From the NCBI GenBank assembly GCA_964604195.1, contig CAZRXW010000001.1:2358-66357 (forward strand): a stretch of DNA of 64,000 bases, read 5' to 3'. This document shows positions 17,592 through 27,611 of this stretch, in pieces. The position numbers and the translations under genes are program-made. Position 1 is the stretch's first letter. Each line of letters opens with the position of its first letter. Source of the stretch: an uncultured Bdellovibrionales bacterium (lineage in GTDB: Bacteria > Patescibacteriota > Minisyncoccia > Moranbacterales > UBA1568). A model generated the notes under the pieces. It searched no databases. It was given only the letters and a program-made list of their open reading frames with translations, and had not been told where the DNA came from.

Positions 17592-18023
17592 ATGACGCAA
17601 CAGCCGAAATTTGTACCGAAACCTGGACAGGTAGACTTTACGGATATACGCTATTGTCCGGTGATGAACTGTGTTGTGCAGCACAGGCGAAAAATTCTGG
17701 TGGTACAGCGGAGTGCAGCGTTGCGACTCTATCCAGAGTATTGGAATGGGATTAGTGGTTTTCTTGATGATAAGCGAAGCTTTAAGGAAAAAGTGTGTGA
17801 TGAACTAAGGGAAGAATTAGGAATAAAAAAGAACAATATCCTTTCTATTGAAATGGGAAATATTTTTCATCAGGAATCGCCAAAATATAAAAAAACATGG
17901 ATTGTGCATCCGGTACTGGTCGAAGTGGATACCGACAAAGTAAAACTCAACTGGGAAGCTCAAGATTTCCAATGGCTCTCGGCCCAGAGAAGCAATGAGG
18001 CTCAAACTTCTGCCAGGTTTTGA
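17592..18023 (+). CDS. NUDIX hydrolase
   Basis: NUDIX box variant (E.VCDELREELGI) in a ~140-aa protein. Confidence 0.7.
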   Translation: MTQQPKFVPKPGQVDFTDIRYCPVMNCVVQHRRKILVVQRSAALRLYPEYWNGISGFLDDKRSFKEKVCDELREELGIKKNNILSIEMGNIFHQESPKYKKTWIVHPVLVEVDTDKVKLNWEAQDFQWLSAQRSNEAQTSARF

Positions 18024-18924
18024 TCAGGTGTTGGGCTCATTTTTCAAAAGGTAACTGTTATGAAAAAAAAGTATTGATTCTTGGAGCGAGAGGGATGCTG
18101 GGACAAGAACTGGTCCGGGTATTTGGTATGGATGAACAGTATGAAATCATAGCTTGGGATAGAGTAGAGATGGACGTGACGGATTTTCAGGCTTTGACAG
18201 CGGGGATTGAACGCTTGAATCCAGCTATTATTCTAAATGCAGTGGCTTACAATGCGGTAGACCTTTGTGAGACGAGCGATGAGGAATTCGCTAAGGCAAA
18301 GCTTCTCAATACCCGTGTACCAGAAAAATTGTCTCAAATAAGCCAAAAAATAGGGAGCATTTTGGTGCATTACTCCACAGGCTATGTCTTTGATGGGAAA
18401 TCCGAGTCGGGGTATGATGAGAAAGTGCCCACGGAGCCACTCTCCCACTACGGGGCAACCAAACTCGGGGGGAAGAAAAAGTACTCGAGAGTGGGGCGAA
18501 GACCTATGTTATTCGGCTCTCGAAGCTTTTTGGGAAACCAGGGAGTTCTGCAGTAGGCAAGCGGAGTTTCTTTGATGTCATGCTTGAGAAAGGCAGGACT
18601 TCTGTTTCAGTGAAGGTAGTGGATGATGAGAAAAGTTGTTTTACCTACGTACCCGACTTGGCCGAAGCAACAAAATCTTTGATTGAAGATAAGGCACTCT
18701 ATAGTATCTATCATCTGCTTAATGAAAATGCGGTGACGTGGTGTGAGGCAGTACAGGAGCTTTATCGGTTGGCAAATGTAACGACGAAAGTGATTCCGGT
18801 GACGAGTGCCGAATTTCCGCGACCGGCGAGGAGACCACATGCTTCGGTTTTACAAAATACCAAACGACCAAAAATGCGACACTATCAGGAAGCATTGGCG
18901 GAATATCTGCATCAAGAATTATGA
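18020..18924 (+). pseudogene. rfbD: dTDP-4-dehydrorhamnose reductase, interrupted by frameshift(s)
   Basis: Frame A (18020-18556) encodes the RmlD N-terminus through ...HYGATKLGG. The continuation (VLESGAKTYVIRLSKLFGKPGSS...MLEKG...VKVVDDE...) is in the +1 frame (up to 18924) after a G6/A5 homopolymer at 18466-18480. The likely native start ATG 18060 (MKKKVLILGARGMLG) is also out of frame because of an A8 run. Confidence 0.65.
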
Positions 18925-19002
18925 ATAAGGAATCAAGCGTATGAGAAAAAATTGTTGAGCATGATAGTATTTTATTTTTGATAGTTGATTTTTGACTTGA
19001 TT

Positions 19003-20244
19003 ATGAATCATCCACAACTCAAAAAATCTGATCTAGCTGTTTATCGAGCGCTCATGGGTGAAGAAAAGCGTCAGGCGGAAGGTCTCGAAATGATTGCTTC
19101 CGAAAACTATGTTTCCAAAGCAGTTTTGGAGACACTCGGTACAGTCTTTACCAATAAATATTCAGAAGGATATCCTGGGAGGCGTTATTATGGTGGGCAA
19201 GTCTTTACTGATGTTGTCGAAACTTTAGCTCTCGATCGGGTCAAGAAACTCTTTGGTGCTCAGCATGCCAATGTACAGCCACACTCTGGTGCCCAAGCCA
19301 ACCTGGCTGTCTATGCGGCTCTCCTCGAACCCGGTGATACCGTGCTGGGGATGGATCTCTCTCACGGTGGTCACCTGACTCATGGCCATCCGGTGACGCT
19401 TCCTGCCAAAGTGTATCGTTTTGTGCGGTATACCACAGAAGCTGATGGCAGTCTGGATTACCAAAAACTGGAAGCATTGGCCAAAAAAGAAAAGCCCAAA
19501 CTGATGCTCGCTGGATTTTCTTCGTACACGAGACAGATTGATTATGAAAAGTTCACAGGCATTGCCAAAAAAGTGGGCGCTCGCTCGATGATGGATATGG
19601 CTCATATCGCTGGTCTCGTGGCGGGTAAAGCGCTTCCCAACCCAGTACCTCATTTTGATGTAGTAACAGCGACGACTCACAAGAGTTTGCGCGGTCCACG
19701 TGGAGGGCTTATTCTCTGCAAGGCAGAGTTTGCCAAAGCTATTGATAAAGCAGTCTTTCCTGGGACACAAGGAGGTCCTCATATGCAGGTAGTGGCAGCC
19801 AAAGCGGTAGCCTTTGGTGAAGCACTCAAGCCTGCCTTTAAGAGTTATGCCAAACAGATTTTGAAGAATGCTCAGGCTCTTGAGGCAAGTTTCCGAAAGC
19901 TTGGGTTCGTGATTGTTTTTGGTAAGACAGAAAATCATATGGTGGTGGTGGACGTAGTCAAAAGCCATGGAGTGACCGGCAAAGTAGGCGAAGAGCTTCT
20001 CGATACCATCGGCATTACGGTGAATAAGAATGTAGTCCCAGATGATCCTCGTGGACCACTTGATCCATCGGGACTGCGGATTGGTGTGCCAGCACTTACT
20101 ACTCGCGGTATGAAGGAACGAGAAGTAAAACAGATTGCTCAGTATATTGATGCGGCCCTGCGCTCTCAGGGGGATACCAAAGAGCTGCTTCGTTTGCAAC
20201 GGGAAGTAAAAAAACTTTGTAAACAGTTTCCGGTGTATCGCTAA
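19003..20244 (+). CDS. glyA: serine hydroxymethyltransferase
   Basis: ATG 19003 (the track's 18985 is an upstream TTG). Shows the SHMT N-terminal GLEMIASENYVSKAVLE block, the PLP-lysine site THKSLRGPRGG and the FPGTQGGP block. Confidence 0.9.
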   Translation: MNHPQLKKSDLAVYRALMGEEKRQAEGLEMIASENYVSKAVLETLGTVFTNKYSEGYPGRRYYGGQVFTDVVETLALDRVKKLFGAQHANVQPHSGAQANLAVYAALLEPGDTVLGMDLSHGGHLTHGHPVTLPAKVYRFVRYTTEADGSLDYQKLEALAKKEKPKLMLAGFSSYTRQIDYEKFTGIAKKVGARSMMDMAHIAGLVAGKALPNPVPHFDVVTATTHKSLRGPRGGLILCKAEFAKAIDKAVFPGTQGGPHMQVVAAKAVAFGEALKPAFKSYAKQILKNAQALEASFRKLGFVIVFGKTENHMVVVDVVKSHGVTGKVGEELLDTIGITVNKNVVPDDPRGPLDPSGLRIGVPALTTRGMKEREVKQIAQYIDAALRSQGDTKELLRLQREVKKLCKQFPVYR

Positions 20245-20261
20245 ATAGTTTCTTGCCAAGT

Positions 20262-21059
20262 ATGAAGGGTATTATTCTTGCTGGAGGAACTGGGACCCGT
20301 CTCCTTCCTTCCACGGCCATTGCTTCCAAACAGCTGCTGCCAGTGTATGATCGGCCAATGATTTTTTATCCGCTCAATACGCTTCTCTCGGCTGGCATTA
20401 CGGATGTCCTCATTATTGTGGCCCCAGAACATTCTGGACACTATCTGAATCTTTTGGGATCACTCCTCAGAACCAGAGGAATCAATATCTCGTTTGTCGT
20501 GCAAAAAGAGCCTAGGGGTTTAGCTGAAGCCTTTATTCTCGGAGAGGATTTTATTGATGGTGGACACTGTACCATGATTCTGGGAGATAACCTTTTTGAA
20601 GAGGATTTTACAGGGGCTATCCAGAGTTTTGAGGGTGGCGGAAGAATTTTTGCCAAAGAAGTTCCTGATCCGGAGCGGTTCGGTGTTGTTTCCTTTGATG
20701 ATGCATCAAAGACAGTGCTTTCTATTGAAGAAAAACCAAAAAATCCCGAAAGTCATTTCGCCATCCCGGGCCTCTATATTTATGACGGTCAGGTAGTGGA
20801 CGTAGCCAAGTCTCTCCAGCCGTCTTCACGAGGAGAGTTAGAAATTGTCGATCTCCACAATCATTATCTTCGGCAGGAAAAACTCGATGTGAGGGTCCTC
20901 TCTGGAGCCTGGTTTGATGTCGGTACTCATGATTCCCTGTTGGATGCTGGTCTCTATGTACGGGCCAACCGCCTCCATGAGCGATTTTATCCACCATTGA
21001 CGGAAGCCCTGGAAGAGTTTAAGCTCGAGTTCAAAAGACTGGTATCATTAAGTACATAA
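20262..21059 (+). CDS. rfbA: glucose-1-phosphate thymidylyltransferase-like sugar nucleotidyltransferase
   Basis: GIILAGGTGTRLLP...KQLLPV N-terminal nucleotidyltransferase signature. ATG 20262 (TTG 20253 alternative). Confidence 0.75.
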   Translation: MKGIILAGGTGTRLLPSTAIASKQLLPVYDRPMIFYPLNTLLSAGITDVLIIVAPEHSGHYLNLLGSLLRTRGINISFVVQKEPRGLAEAFILGEDFIDGGHCTMILGDNLFEEDFTGAIQSFEGGGRIFAKEVPDPERFGVVSFDDASKTVLSIEEKPKNPESHFAIPGLYIYDGQVVDVAKSLQPSSRGELEIVDLHNHYLRQEKLDVRVLSGAWFDVGTHDSLLDAGLYVRANRLHERFYPPLTEALEEFKLEFKRLVSLST

Positions 21060-21075
21060 TCCCCATAGTATTCTT

Positions 21076-21954
21076 ATGCCACAAAAGATCAAAAAAGCGG
21101 TGATTGCTGTAGCGGGAAGCGGTACGAGACTTCTTCCAGCTACTAAGGCTATGCCCAAGGAAATGCTTCCTATTGTTGATAAGCCAGTGATTCAATTGGT
21201 GGTAGAAGAACTTGTAGCAGCTGGCATTGAGGATATCATTTTTGTAACTCGTTGGGACAAGAAGCCGCTCGAAGATCATTTCGATTTTTCTTCAGCGCTC
21301 GAAGATGACCTCAGGAAGAATGGGAAAGAGGATCGTTATGAACAGGTACACGCGATTGCTGAAATGGCTAATTTTGTCCATATTCGTCAGAAGGGACCAT
21401 ACGGTAACGGTACACCGGTTTTGTCAGCAGCAAGCTTGGTAGACGATGAACCTTTTGTGTATTGTTTTGGTGATGATTTAGTGAAATCGACAGTCTCCTT
21501 TACCAAGCAGATGGTTGATGAGTATAACCAACATGGACATCCCATGATTGGGGTGCAAGAGGTTCCGCTTACTGAGGTCTCTAAATATGGCATTGTTGAT
21601 GTGGATCAGGCGACTATGCAAGTGCGTAATATTGTCGAAAAACCGAAGCAAGAAGAGGCTCCCTCGCAGTTAGCAAATTTTGGGCGAATGATTTTAAATC
21701 AAGAGATTATTGATATTCTCAAGACTACTGCATTAGGAAAGGGGAATGAGTTATGGATTGTTGATGCTATTCACAATTACATTAAGAACGGAGGGAAGTT
21801 TTATGCCAAAACGGTGGAGGGTGGTCAATGGATGACAACGGGTGATCCGCTGAATTACATGACAACCATTCTTACGTATGCTGTTGAGCGTCCGGATATT
21901 GGCGAGCAGCTGAGAGCATATATGAAACAGCTTTTGGATAAGCAAAGCTCCTAG
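21076..21954 (+). CDS. galU: UTP--glucose-1-phosphate uridylyltransferase
   Basis: KAVIAVAGSGTRLLPATKAMPKEMLPIVDKP matches GalU/UDP-glucose pyrophosphorylase N-terminus, plus VEKP motif. Confidence 0.8.
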   Translation: MPQKIKKAVIAVAGSGTRLLPATKAMPKEMLPIVDKPVIQLVVEELVAAGIEDIIFVTRWDKKPLEDHFDFSSALEDDLRKNGKEDRYEQVHAIAEMANFVHIRQKGPYGNGTPVLSAASLVDDEPFVYCFGDDLVKSTVSFTKQMVDEYNQHGHPMIGVQEVPLTEVSKYGIVDVDQATMQVRNIVEKPKQEEAPSQLANFGRMILNQEIIDILKTTALGKGNELWIVDAIHNYIKNGGKFYAKTVEGGQWMTTGDPLNYMTTILTYAVERPDIGEQLRAYMKQLLDKQSS

Positions 21955-21962
21955 CTTTTGTC

Positions 21963-22661
21963 ATGTATTGGATCTATCTTTTCCTGTTTATCTGCATGAT
22001 TTTTACTCCAGAAGTTGTTTCTGATGGATTGTTTTTCTTTGGAGAGGAAGATTTAGAATCAGTAATTATATTTGTTTTCGGGCTCATCGGTCTTCTCCTG
22101 TATCTTGGGAAAGAATCAGCCCTTATTCGAACCGTCACCGAAAAACTTTCACTGCAACAGGAGTCAAACAAAATCCGCAAGGATCTCGCCCAGACCTATA
22201 CTTATATAGGGGAGATAAATCGACAGTTGGAGATTCTAAAAAATATGATTGTCGAAAGTCCTCACACGGCCAAAGAACTCTTGCAGGAAGATCGAGAACA
22301 GGTGTTCCAATCAGTTTTTGGGGCGGCACTCCTTTTAGCACAATCTGATGCGGCAGAGCTGGTATTTCTCGATGTGAATAAGCAGCATATCGTAGGGCGT
22401 TATCGATCGAAAGGACTGACTGAGCCGCTATTGTCTGCTGAAGCCAGTGATCTTATTGAACAGCGGCGATACTGGTGGCATGAGGATGGATTAGCTGTCG
22501 TGCGTTCCCAAGAGGAATCTTTGGGGATAGCAGCATTTCTGCTTGTTCGCTCAGCTAAAAATAAGATTGAAGAAATTGGTGTCTTTCAAATATTGGTGAC
22601 GCATGCTCTTTTGTTGTTTTCTCTAAGGCAGGTACGTGATCAGCAAACTTTTGAATGGTAG
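21963..22661 (+). CDS. hypothetical membrane protein (2 N-terminal TM, coiled-coil cytoplasmic part)
   Basis: Two hydrophobic helices then a charged helical region; no motif recognised. Confidence 0.45.
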   Translation: MYWIYLFLFICMIFTPEVVSDGLFFFGEEDLESVIIFVFGLIGLLLYLGKESALIRTVTEKLSLQQESNKIRKDLAQTYTYIGEINRQLEILKNMIVESPHTAKELLQEDREQVFQSVFGAALLLAQSDAAELVFLDVNKQHIVGRYRSKGLTEPLLSAEASDLIEQRRYWWHEDGLAVVRSQEESLGIAAFLLVRSAKNKIEEIGVFQILVTHALLLFSLRQVRDQQTFEW

Positions 22662-22664
22662 ATT

Positions 22665-23798
22665 TTGCGTATGCGTATTGGTATTGATGCGCGATTTTAT
22701 GGATCAATTGGTAAGGGTTTGGGGCGCTATACTCAGAAGCTTATTCAAGAGTTAGAAAAGCTGCCAGGCGACGATCAGTTTGTCATTTTTTTGCGCCGAG
22801 AAAATTATGCCGAATATCAGCCAATGAATTCGCGTTTTACCAAGGTGCTGGCTGACTTCTCTTGGTATGGGTGGCGTGAGCAATTTCTTTTCCCTGTTCT
22901 CCTATACCAACACAAGGTTGATTGTATGCATTTTCCTCACTTCAATGTCCCTTTGCTTTATTGGAAAAAGAGTATTGTAACCATTCATGACCTCATTCTT
23001 TTTCACTATCCAACAGTGAAAGCTTCAGAACTGTCACCGCTTCTGTATTGGATAAAATACTGGGTATACCGTTTCGTTATTTTGATGGCGGTACACAGAG
23101 CTCGGAGAGTTATCGTTGTATCTCGCTTTACTGCTGATGATGTATTAAAGGCATTCCCGTTAGTCGGGGATAAGGTTTTAGTTACGTATGAGGCTGCTGA
23201 AAACTATTGTTTTTGGAACGACAAGGATACTTCTCAGGATTTTTTACAGTCTCTGGGACTGCGTTCAAAAGAATACATTCTCTATGTAGGTAACGCCTAT
23301 CCGCATAAAAATCTGGAATGCCTACTCTCTATAGCCGAACAGCTCTCTGAGAAGATTTTTGTATGTGTTGGGAAGGAGGATTATTTTTATAGGAATCTCC
23401 ACCAAAAAGCCAAAGGTATGGGAATAGAAAACGTTTTTTTTGTTGGATTTATCTCCGATAGAGAGCTGGCTATCCTGTATAGGGAGGCGATGTGTTATTT
23501 CTTCCCCTCTCTTTATGAAGGATTTGGTCTTCCTGGATTGGAGGCGCTTGTGCATGGACTTCCAGTCGTAGCAGCACGGGCAGGTGCTTTGCCAGAGATT
23601 TTGGCCAGGGCTGCTTGTTATTTTGATCCAGAAGACCAGGCGTCAGCAATTGATCTTTTAAAGCGGGTTGAAAAAGACATGTCTTTTCGTTCACATTTGA
23701 TTCAAAATGGGTACCGGCGTGTAGCGGAATTTTCGTGGGATCATATGGCCTCGCTAACCCTTCGAGGGTATCATGAGGGAGAGAGTATTACTGTATGA
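22665..23798 (+). CDS. glycosyltransferase family 4 (GT-B, group 1)
   Basis: C-terminal EGFGLPGLEALVHGLPVV (E-x7-E motif region) typical of GT4. Confidence 0.8.
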   Translation: MRMRIGIDARFYGSIGKGLGRYTQKLIQELEKLPGDDQFVIFLRRENYAEYQPMNSRFTKVLADFSWYGWREQFLFPVLLYQHKVDCMHFPHFNVPLLYWKKSIVTIHDLILFHYPTVKASELSPLLYWIKYWVYRFVILMAVHRARRVIVVSRFTADDVLKAFPLVGDKVLVTYEAAENYCFWNDKDTSQDFLQSLGLRSKEYILYVGNAYPHKNLECLLSIAEQLSEKIFVCVGKEDYFYRNLHQKAKGMGIENVFFVGFISDRELAILYREAMCYFFPSLYEGFGLPGLEALVHGLPVVAARAGALPEILARAACYFDPEDQASAIDLLKRVEKDMSFRSHLIQNGYRRVAEFSWDHMASLTLRGYHEGESITV

Positions 23799-25888
23799 GA
23801 GATATTATTCCCGGATTACCATCAGAGGATATACGTAAAGATTTCCTGCCCGTCAAACCGCGTGCCTTTGATTATGAAGGCACGAGAGGGAATCTTCAGT
23901 ATGACCGGCAGACATTTCCTGCTCAAAATTATGGTACTCAATTCTTTCAAGAGAATAAGCGGGTTAAGTGGGGTCGCTGGTTTTTCTTGGCTGTTGTTAT
24001 CTTTGTGGCAGCTATTTTGGTCTGGCAGTGGAAGATAGCTTTGATAGAGCGAGGAGAGCAGGGGTATGCTGCCTTAGAAGAGGCTGCTCGTGCCTTGAAA
24101 TCACAGGATCGAGTACGTGCTGAGCAGAAACTGCATGAAGCGAGTGAGCGTTTCGAGAGTGGCTCGAGACTTCTCTGGGGAGCTCAGTATAGTTTACCGG
24201 TGATCGAGAAAATTCCAGGGGCAGGATTTTTAACGAGTGGTATTGCTTTGATGAAGGCGGGGGAGCATTTGGCGATTGGAGCCCAAGAACTTGCTGGATT
24301 TCTTGATCAATCACTGAGTCATATAGAGACAGAAAAACAACCATCTTTGTTGGAGATCCTGAAGAGTGGGGAGAAAAATTTAATTCAGGGTAATGACGAA
24401 ATACAAAAAGCACTGAAGTTTCTCCAGTATGTCCATCCAGAAAGTCTTCCTGAGGATAAACAGGGTCCGTTTAGGAAAGGAGAGGCACTTCTCCCAGTGT
24501 TAGCACATGCGCTCAATTTGTCCGTTACCCATCTTGATTTGCTGAATGAACTGCTTGGTGGTAATGGTCCACGTCTCTACTTATTTCTTTTTCAGAACAA
24601 TCATGAGCTTAGGCCAACGGGTGGATTTATTGGCAGTTATGGAATTTTAGAAATGCGATCAGGAATGGTAAGGAGATTTTTTGTTGACGGTATCTTCAAT
24701 CCTGATGGTCAATTAAAAGAAAATATTGTTCCTCCCGCCCCGATCCAAAAAATTAGTACCGGTTGGAGTTTGCATGACAGTAATTGGTTTCCAGATTTTC
24801 CTACCTCAGCGGAAAAAGCAAGATTCTTTTACGAGAAAACAGGTGGTCCCACAACTGACGGGGTAGTAGCGATGACTCCTGAAGTACTTGAACGGGTTCT
24901 ACGAGTTCTTGGGCCAGTTGATTTACCGGAGTACGGAGTGACAATTGATGCTGATAATTTTATACCGTTAATCCAAGAGGAAGTTGAGGTGAATTATGAC
25001 AAGGAGGAGAATAATCCAAAGAAAATTTTAGGCGATTTGACTGGTGTATTGATCAGACGACTGGTGGAAAAGCCAGATCCTGATATCTTACTTGGCCTAG
25101 GTGATGTTTTGGTGAATTTGTTGAATGAGCGGCACATACTTTTGTTTGCCCGTGATGATCGTGCCCAGAATCTTATTAGATCCTCTGGTTGGTCAGGGGA
25201 GATGCTAAATACCCCCTATGATTATCTTTCAGTGGTACACACAAACATTAACGGGTTTAAGACCGATGGGGTTGTAAAGGACAATATCCATCATCAGGTC
25301 AGTATTCAGGGGGATGGTTCAGTAATTGACACTGTGTCTGTTACCAGGGTGCACACTGGTGGCAATAGCCCATATGAGTGGTGGAATAAAGTAAATGCAA
25401 ATTATATGAGGGTATATGTACCGCTTGGATCAGAGCTTCTTTCGGCGAGCGGTATGACGCGGGAAGTGAATGTTTCACCGGTAGATTATGACGCCCTTCG
25501 TTTTCGACGTGATGAAGAGGTGATAAATGAAGAGGGGAAGATACGTATTGATTCAGAAAGCGGAACCCGTATTGGTGAAGAATTTGGCAAAACAGTTTTT
25601 GGCAATTGGGTTTATGTTAGTCCTGGGGAACAGGTAACAGTGGTCTATCGCTACAAACTTCCCTTTAGACTTGCTCTTGAAGGCGAGTTTTCGGACCCAT
25701 TACCCTTCTCTATCCTCTATCAAAAGCAAGCGGGTACAACTGGCTGGCGGTTATTAACAGAGATTGAACATCCTAATGAGAGGAGAATAATTTGGCAGAG
25801 CGCTGAAAATTTGGTACCGTACGGGCGTATCCTGAAACAAGAAACAAATTTAGATCGTAATGTTTTTCTCGGCCTCGTTTTGCAGTAA
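23795..25888 (+). CDS. DUF4012 domain protein (large extracytoplasmic protein with N-terminal TM anchor)
   Basis: ATGA overlap with GT4. TM anchor WFFLAVVIFVAAILVW. Core LFLFQNNHELRPTGGFIGSYG matches the DUF4012 signature found in wall-polysaccharide loci of Patescibacteria/Gram-positives. Confidence 0.6.
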   Translation: MRDIIPGLPSEDIRKDFLPVKPRAFDYEGTRGNLQYDRQTFPAQNYGTQFFQENKRVKWGRWFFLAVVIFVAAILVWQWKIALIERGEQGYAALEEAARALKSQDRVRAEQKLHEASERFESGSRLLWGAQYSLPVIEKIPGAGFLTSGIALMKAGEHLAIGAQELAGFLDQSLSHIETEKQPSLLEILKSGEKNLIQGNDEIQKALKFLQYVHPESLPEDKQGPFRKGEALLPVLAHALNLSVTHLDLLNELLGGNGPRLYLFLFQNNHELRPTGGFIGSYGILEMRSGMVRRFFVDGIFNPDGQLKENIVPPAPIQKISTGWSLHDSNWFPDFPTSAEKARFFYEKTGGPTTDGVVAMTPEVLERVLRVLGPVDLPEYGVTIDADNFIPLIQEEVEVNYDKEENNPKKILGDLTGVLIRRLVEKPDPDILLGLGDVLVNLLNERHILLFARDDRAQNLIRSSGWSGEMLNTPYDYLSVVHTNINGFKTDGVVKDNIHHQVSIQGDGSVIDTVSVTRVHTGGNSPYEWWNKVNANYMRVYVPLGSELLSASGMTREVNVSPVDYDALRFRRDEEVINEEGKIRIDSESGTRIGEEFGKTVFGNWVYVSPGEQVTVVYRYKLPFRLALEGEFSDPLPFSILYQKQAGTTGWRLLTEIEHPNERRIIWQSAENLVPYGRILKQETNLDRNVFLGLVLQ

Positions 25889-25897
25889 GAGTTTCTC

Positions 25898-27559
25898 ATG
25901 AAGTTTCTCAATAAAATTTTTCGGCGATGTTTTCTTGCTAGCAATGCCCCTATAGCTTCATTAGGTGGAGCAGCTTTTATAATTGCCATTGCAGGGATAT
26001 TGAGTCGACTACTTGGTTTTGTTCGTGATAGATTACTCGCCTCTACTTTTGGTGCGGGTGATACGCTTGATATATACTATGCCGCGTTTCGTTTGCCAGA
26101 TTTCATTTATGGACTGTTGGTTTTAGGAGCACTTTCTGCGGCTTTTGTTCCCGTGTTTACAGAGCTTATAAATAAAGATGACTCTAAACTTGCTTGGCGA
26201 CTGACAAACAATGTGCTCACCTTACTTCTCCTTACCCTGGGAGGTATATCACTTGTAGGTATTATTTTCGCCCCGATGGTTGCTGCTTTGGTAGCCCCTG
26301 GTTTTTCTCCTGAAAAGCAAGCGGCTGTGGCAAATTTGACGAGGGTGATGCTTCTTTCCCCGATACTACTATCCCTCTCTGCTGTTTTTGGTGGAGTACT
26401 TGTTTCTCTCAAACGATTTCTGGCTTATTCGCTTGCCCCAATTTTTTATAATGTAGGTATTATTGTTGGTATTGTTGGATTTGTTCCCCTGGTAGGTATT
26501 GTTGGACTAGCGTGGGGAGTGGTATTAGGAGCCTTTTTGCATGTATTTGTTCAGTACCCAGCTATTCGTGAATCAGGATATCGTTTCGAGTATATTCGTT
26601 GGAAGAGTCTTGTTGATGATTCAACTCGTCAGGTGATTCGACTCATGATACCGCGGTCACTTGCTATGGCTATCAATCAGATAAGTCTTCTTTTGGTCAC
26701 CATTTTTGCCTCAACCCTAGCATCGGGAAGTTTGGCGGTAGTAACGCTTGCTACTAATATCCAGAGTGTGCCTTTGGGTCTCTTTGGTATCTCATTTGCC
26801 GTAGCAGCGTTTCCTGTTCTTTCTCAATATGCCGCCAAAGAAGCTCATGAGACTTTTTTTAAAACTCTCTCACGGACAGCGAGGAGAATCTCATATTTTG
26901 TTATCCCGCTCTCTTGTTTTCTTATTATTTTTCGTGCTGAGATTGTTCGTGTAGTGTTGGGAGCTGGTGCGTTTAATTGGGAGGACACCATCCTTACTTT
27001 CCAGGTATTGGGACTCTTGGCGGTCTCTCTCCTTGCCCAGTGTCTTATCCCACTCTTTGTTCGTGCCTTCTTTGCTCTCCAGGATACAAGGTTACCACTA
27101 TTTGCTGCTCTTTTTGGTGAAGTCATTCATCTAGTAAGTATCCCTCTTTTACTTCCACGATTTGAAGTGCTTGGTCTAGGGATAGCCTTTTCATTAGGTG
27201 CTTTTTCTCAGCTTATTCTCCTCTACATATTTCTTCGTCGTCGTTTGCCATATTTTCGTGACGAGAACATCCTTTCTCCAATTTTAAAAGTTATCCTTAT
27301 CGCTTTTGCCTCATCAATGGTGGCCCAACTCTCCAAGGGGTTATTCGCCCTGACGATTGATCGGGTAGATACCTTCGCTGAAGTTTTTGTGAAGCTTTCT
27401 CTGGGGCTACTTATTGGAGTGGGTACTTATATAGCCCTTTCAGCTTGGTATCGCTTGCCAGAGTATCTCGATATAAGACGATTTATTTTACAACGCGTGT
27501 TTCGTCGTCCAGAAACAGTGGCACTTACTCAGGATCATCCCGAGCAGGGGGATTGGTAG
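25898..27559 (+). CDS. murJ: lipid II flippase MurJ (MviN)
   Basis: 14-TM MOP-family protein. N-terminal A.IIAIAGILSRLLGFVRDRLLASTFGAGDTLDIYY.AFRLPDFIY is the MurJ signature. Confidence 0.85.
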   Translation: MKFLNKIFRRCFLASNAPIASLGGAAFIIAIAGILSRLLGFVRDRLLASTFGAGDTLDIYYAAFRLPDFIYGLLVLGALSAAFVPVFTELINKDDSKLAWRLTNNVLTLLLLTLGGISLVGIIFAPMVAALVAPGFSPEKQAAVANLTRVMLLSPILLSLSAVFGGVLVSLKRFLAYSLAPIFYNVGIIVGIVGFVPLVGIVGLAWGVVLGAFLHVFVQYPAIRESGYRFEYIRWKSLVDDSTRQVIRLMIPRSLAMAINQISLLLVTIFASTLASGSLAVVTLATNIQSVPLGLFGISFAVAAFPVLSQYAAKEAHETFFKTLSRTARRISYFVIPLSCFLIIFRAEIVRVVLGAGAFNWEDTILTFQVLGLLAVSLLAQCLIPLFVRAFFALQDTRLPLFAALFGEVIHLVSIPLLLPRFEVLGLGIAFSLGAFSQLILLYIFLRRRLPYFRDENILSPILKVILIAFASSMVAQLSKGLFALTIDRVDTFAEVFVKLSLGLLIGVGTYIALSAWYRLPEYLDIRRFILQRVFRRPETVALTQDHPEQGDW

Positions 27560-27611
27560 AAGAAAGGGCTGTTCCATTGATTTTTCCCTTCTTTTCGGCT
27601 AGTCTTACGGA

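Noticed and set aside
17592-18023. NUDIX hydrolase as part of a toxin-antitoxin or defence pair with the MazG gene
   Set aside because: MazG-like and NUDIX house-cleaning enzymes are common housekeeping genes in small genomes. No toxin partner (MazF/PemK fold) is present. Left as ordinary annotation.
19225-20259. 344-aa minus-strand ORF
   Set aside because: It is entirely antisense to glyA, whose translation shows textbook SHMT motifs, and its product has no recognisable motifs.
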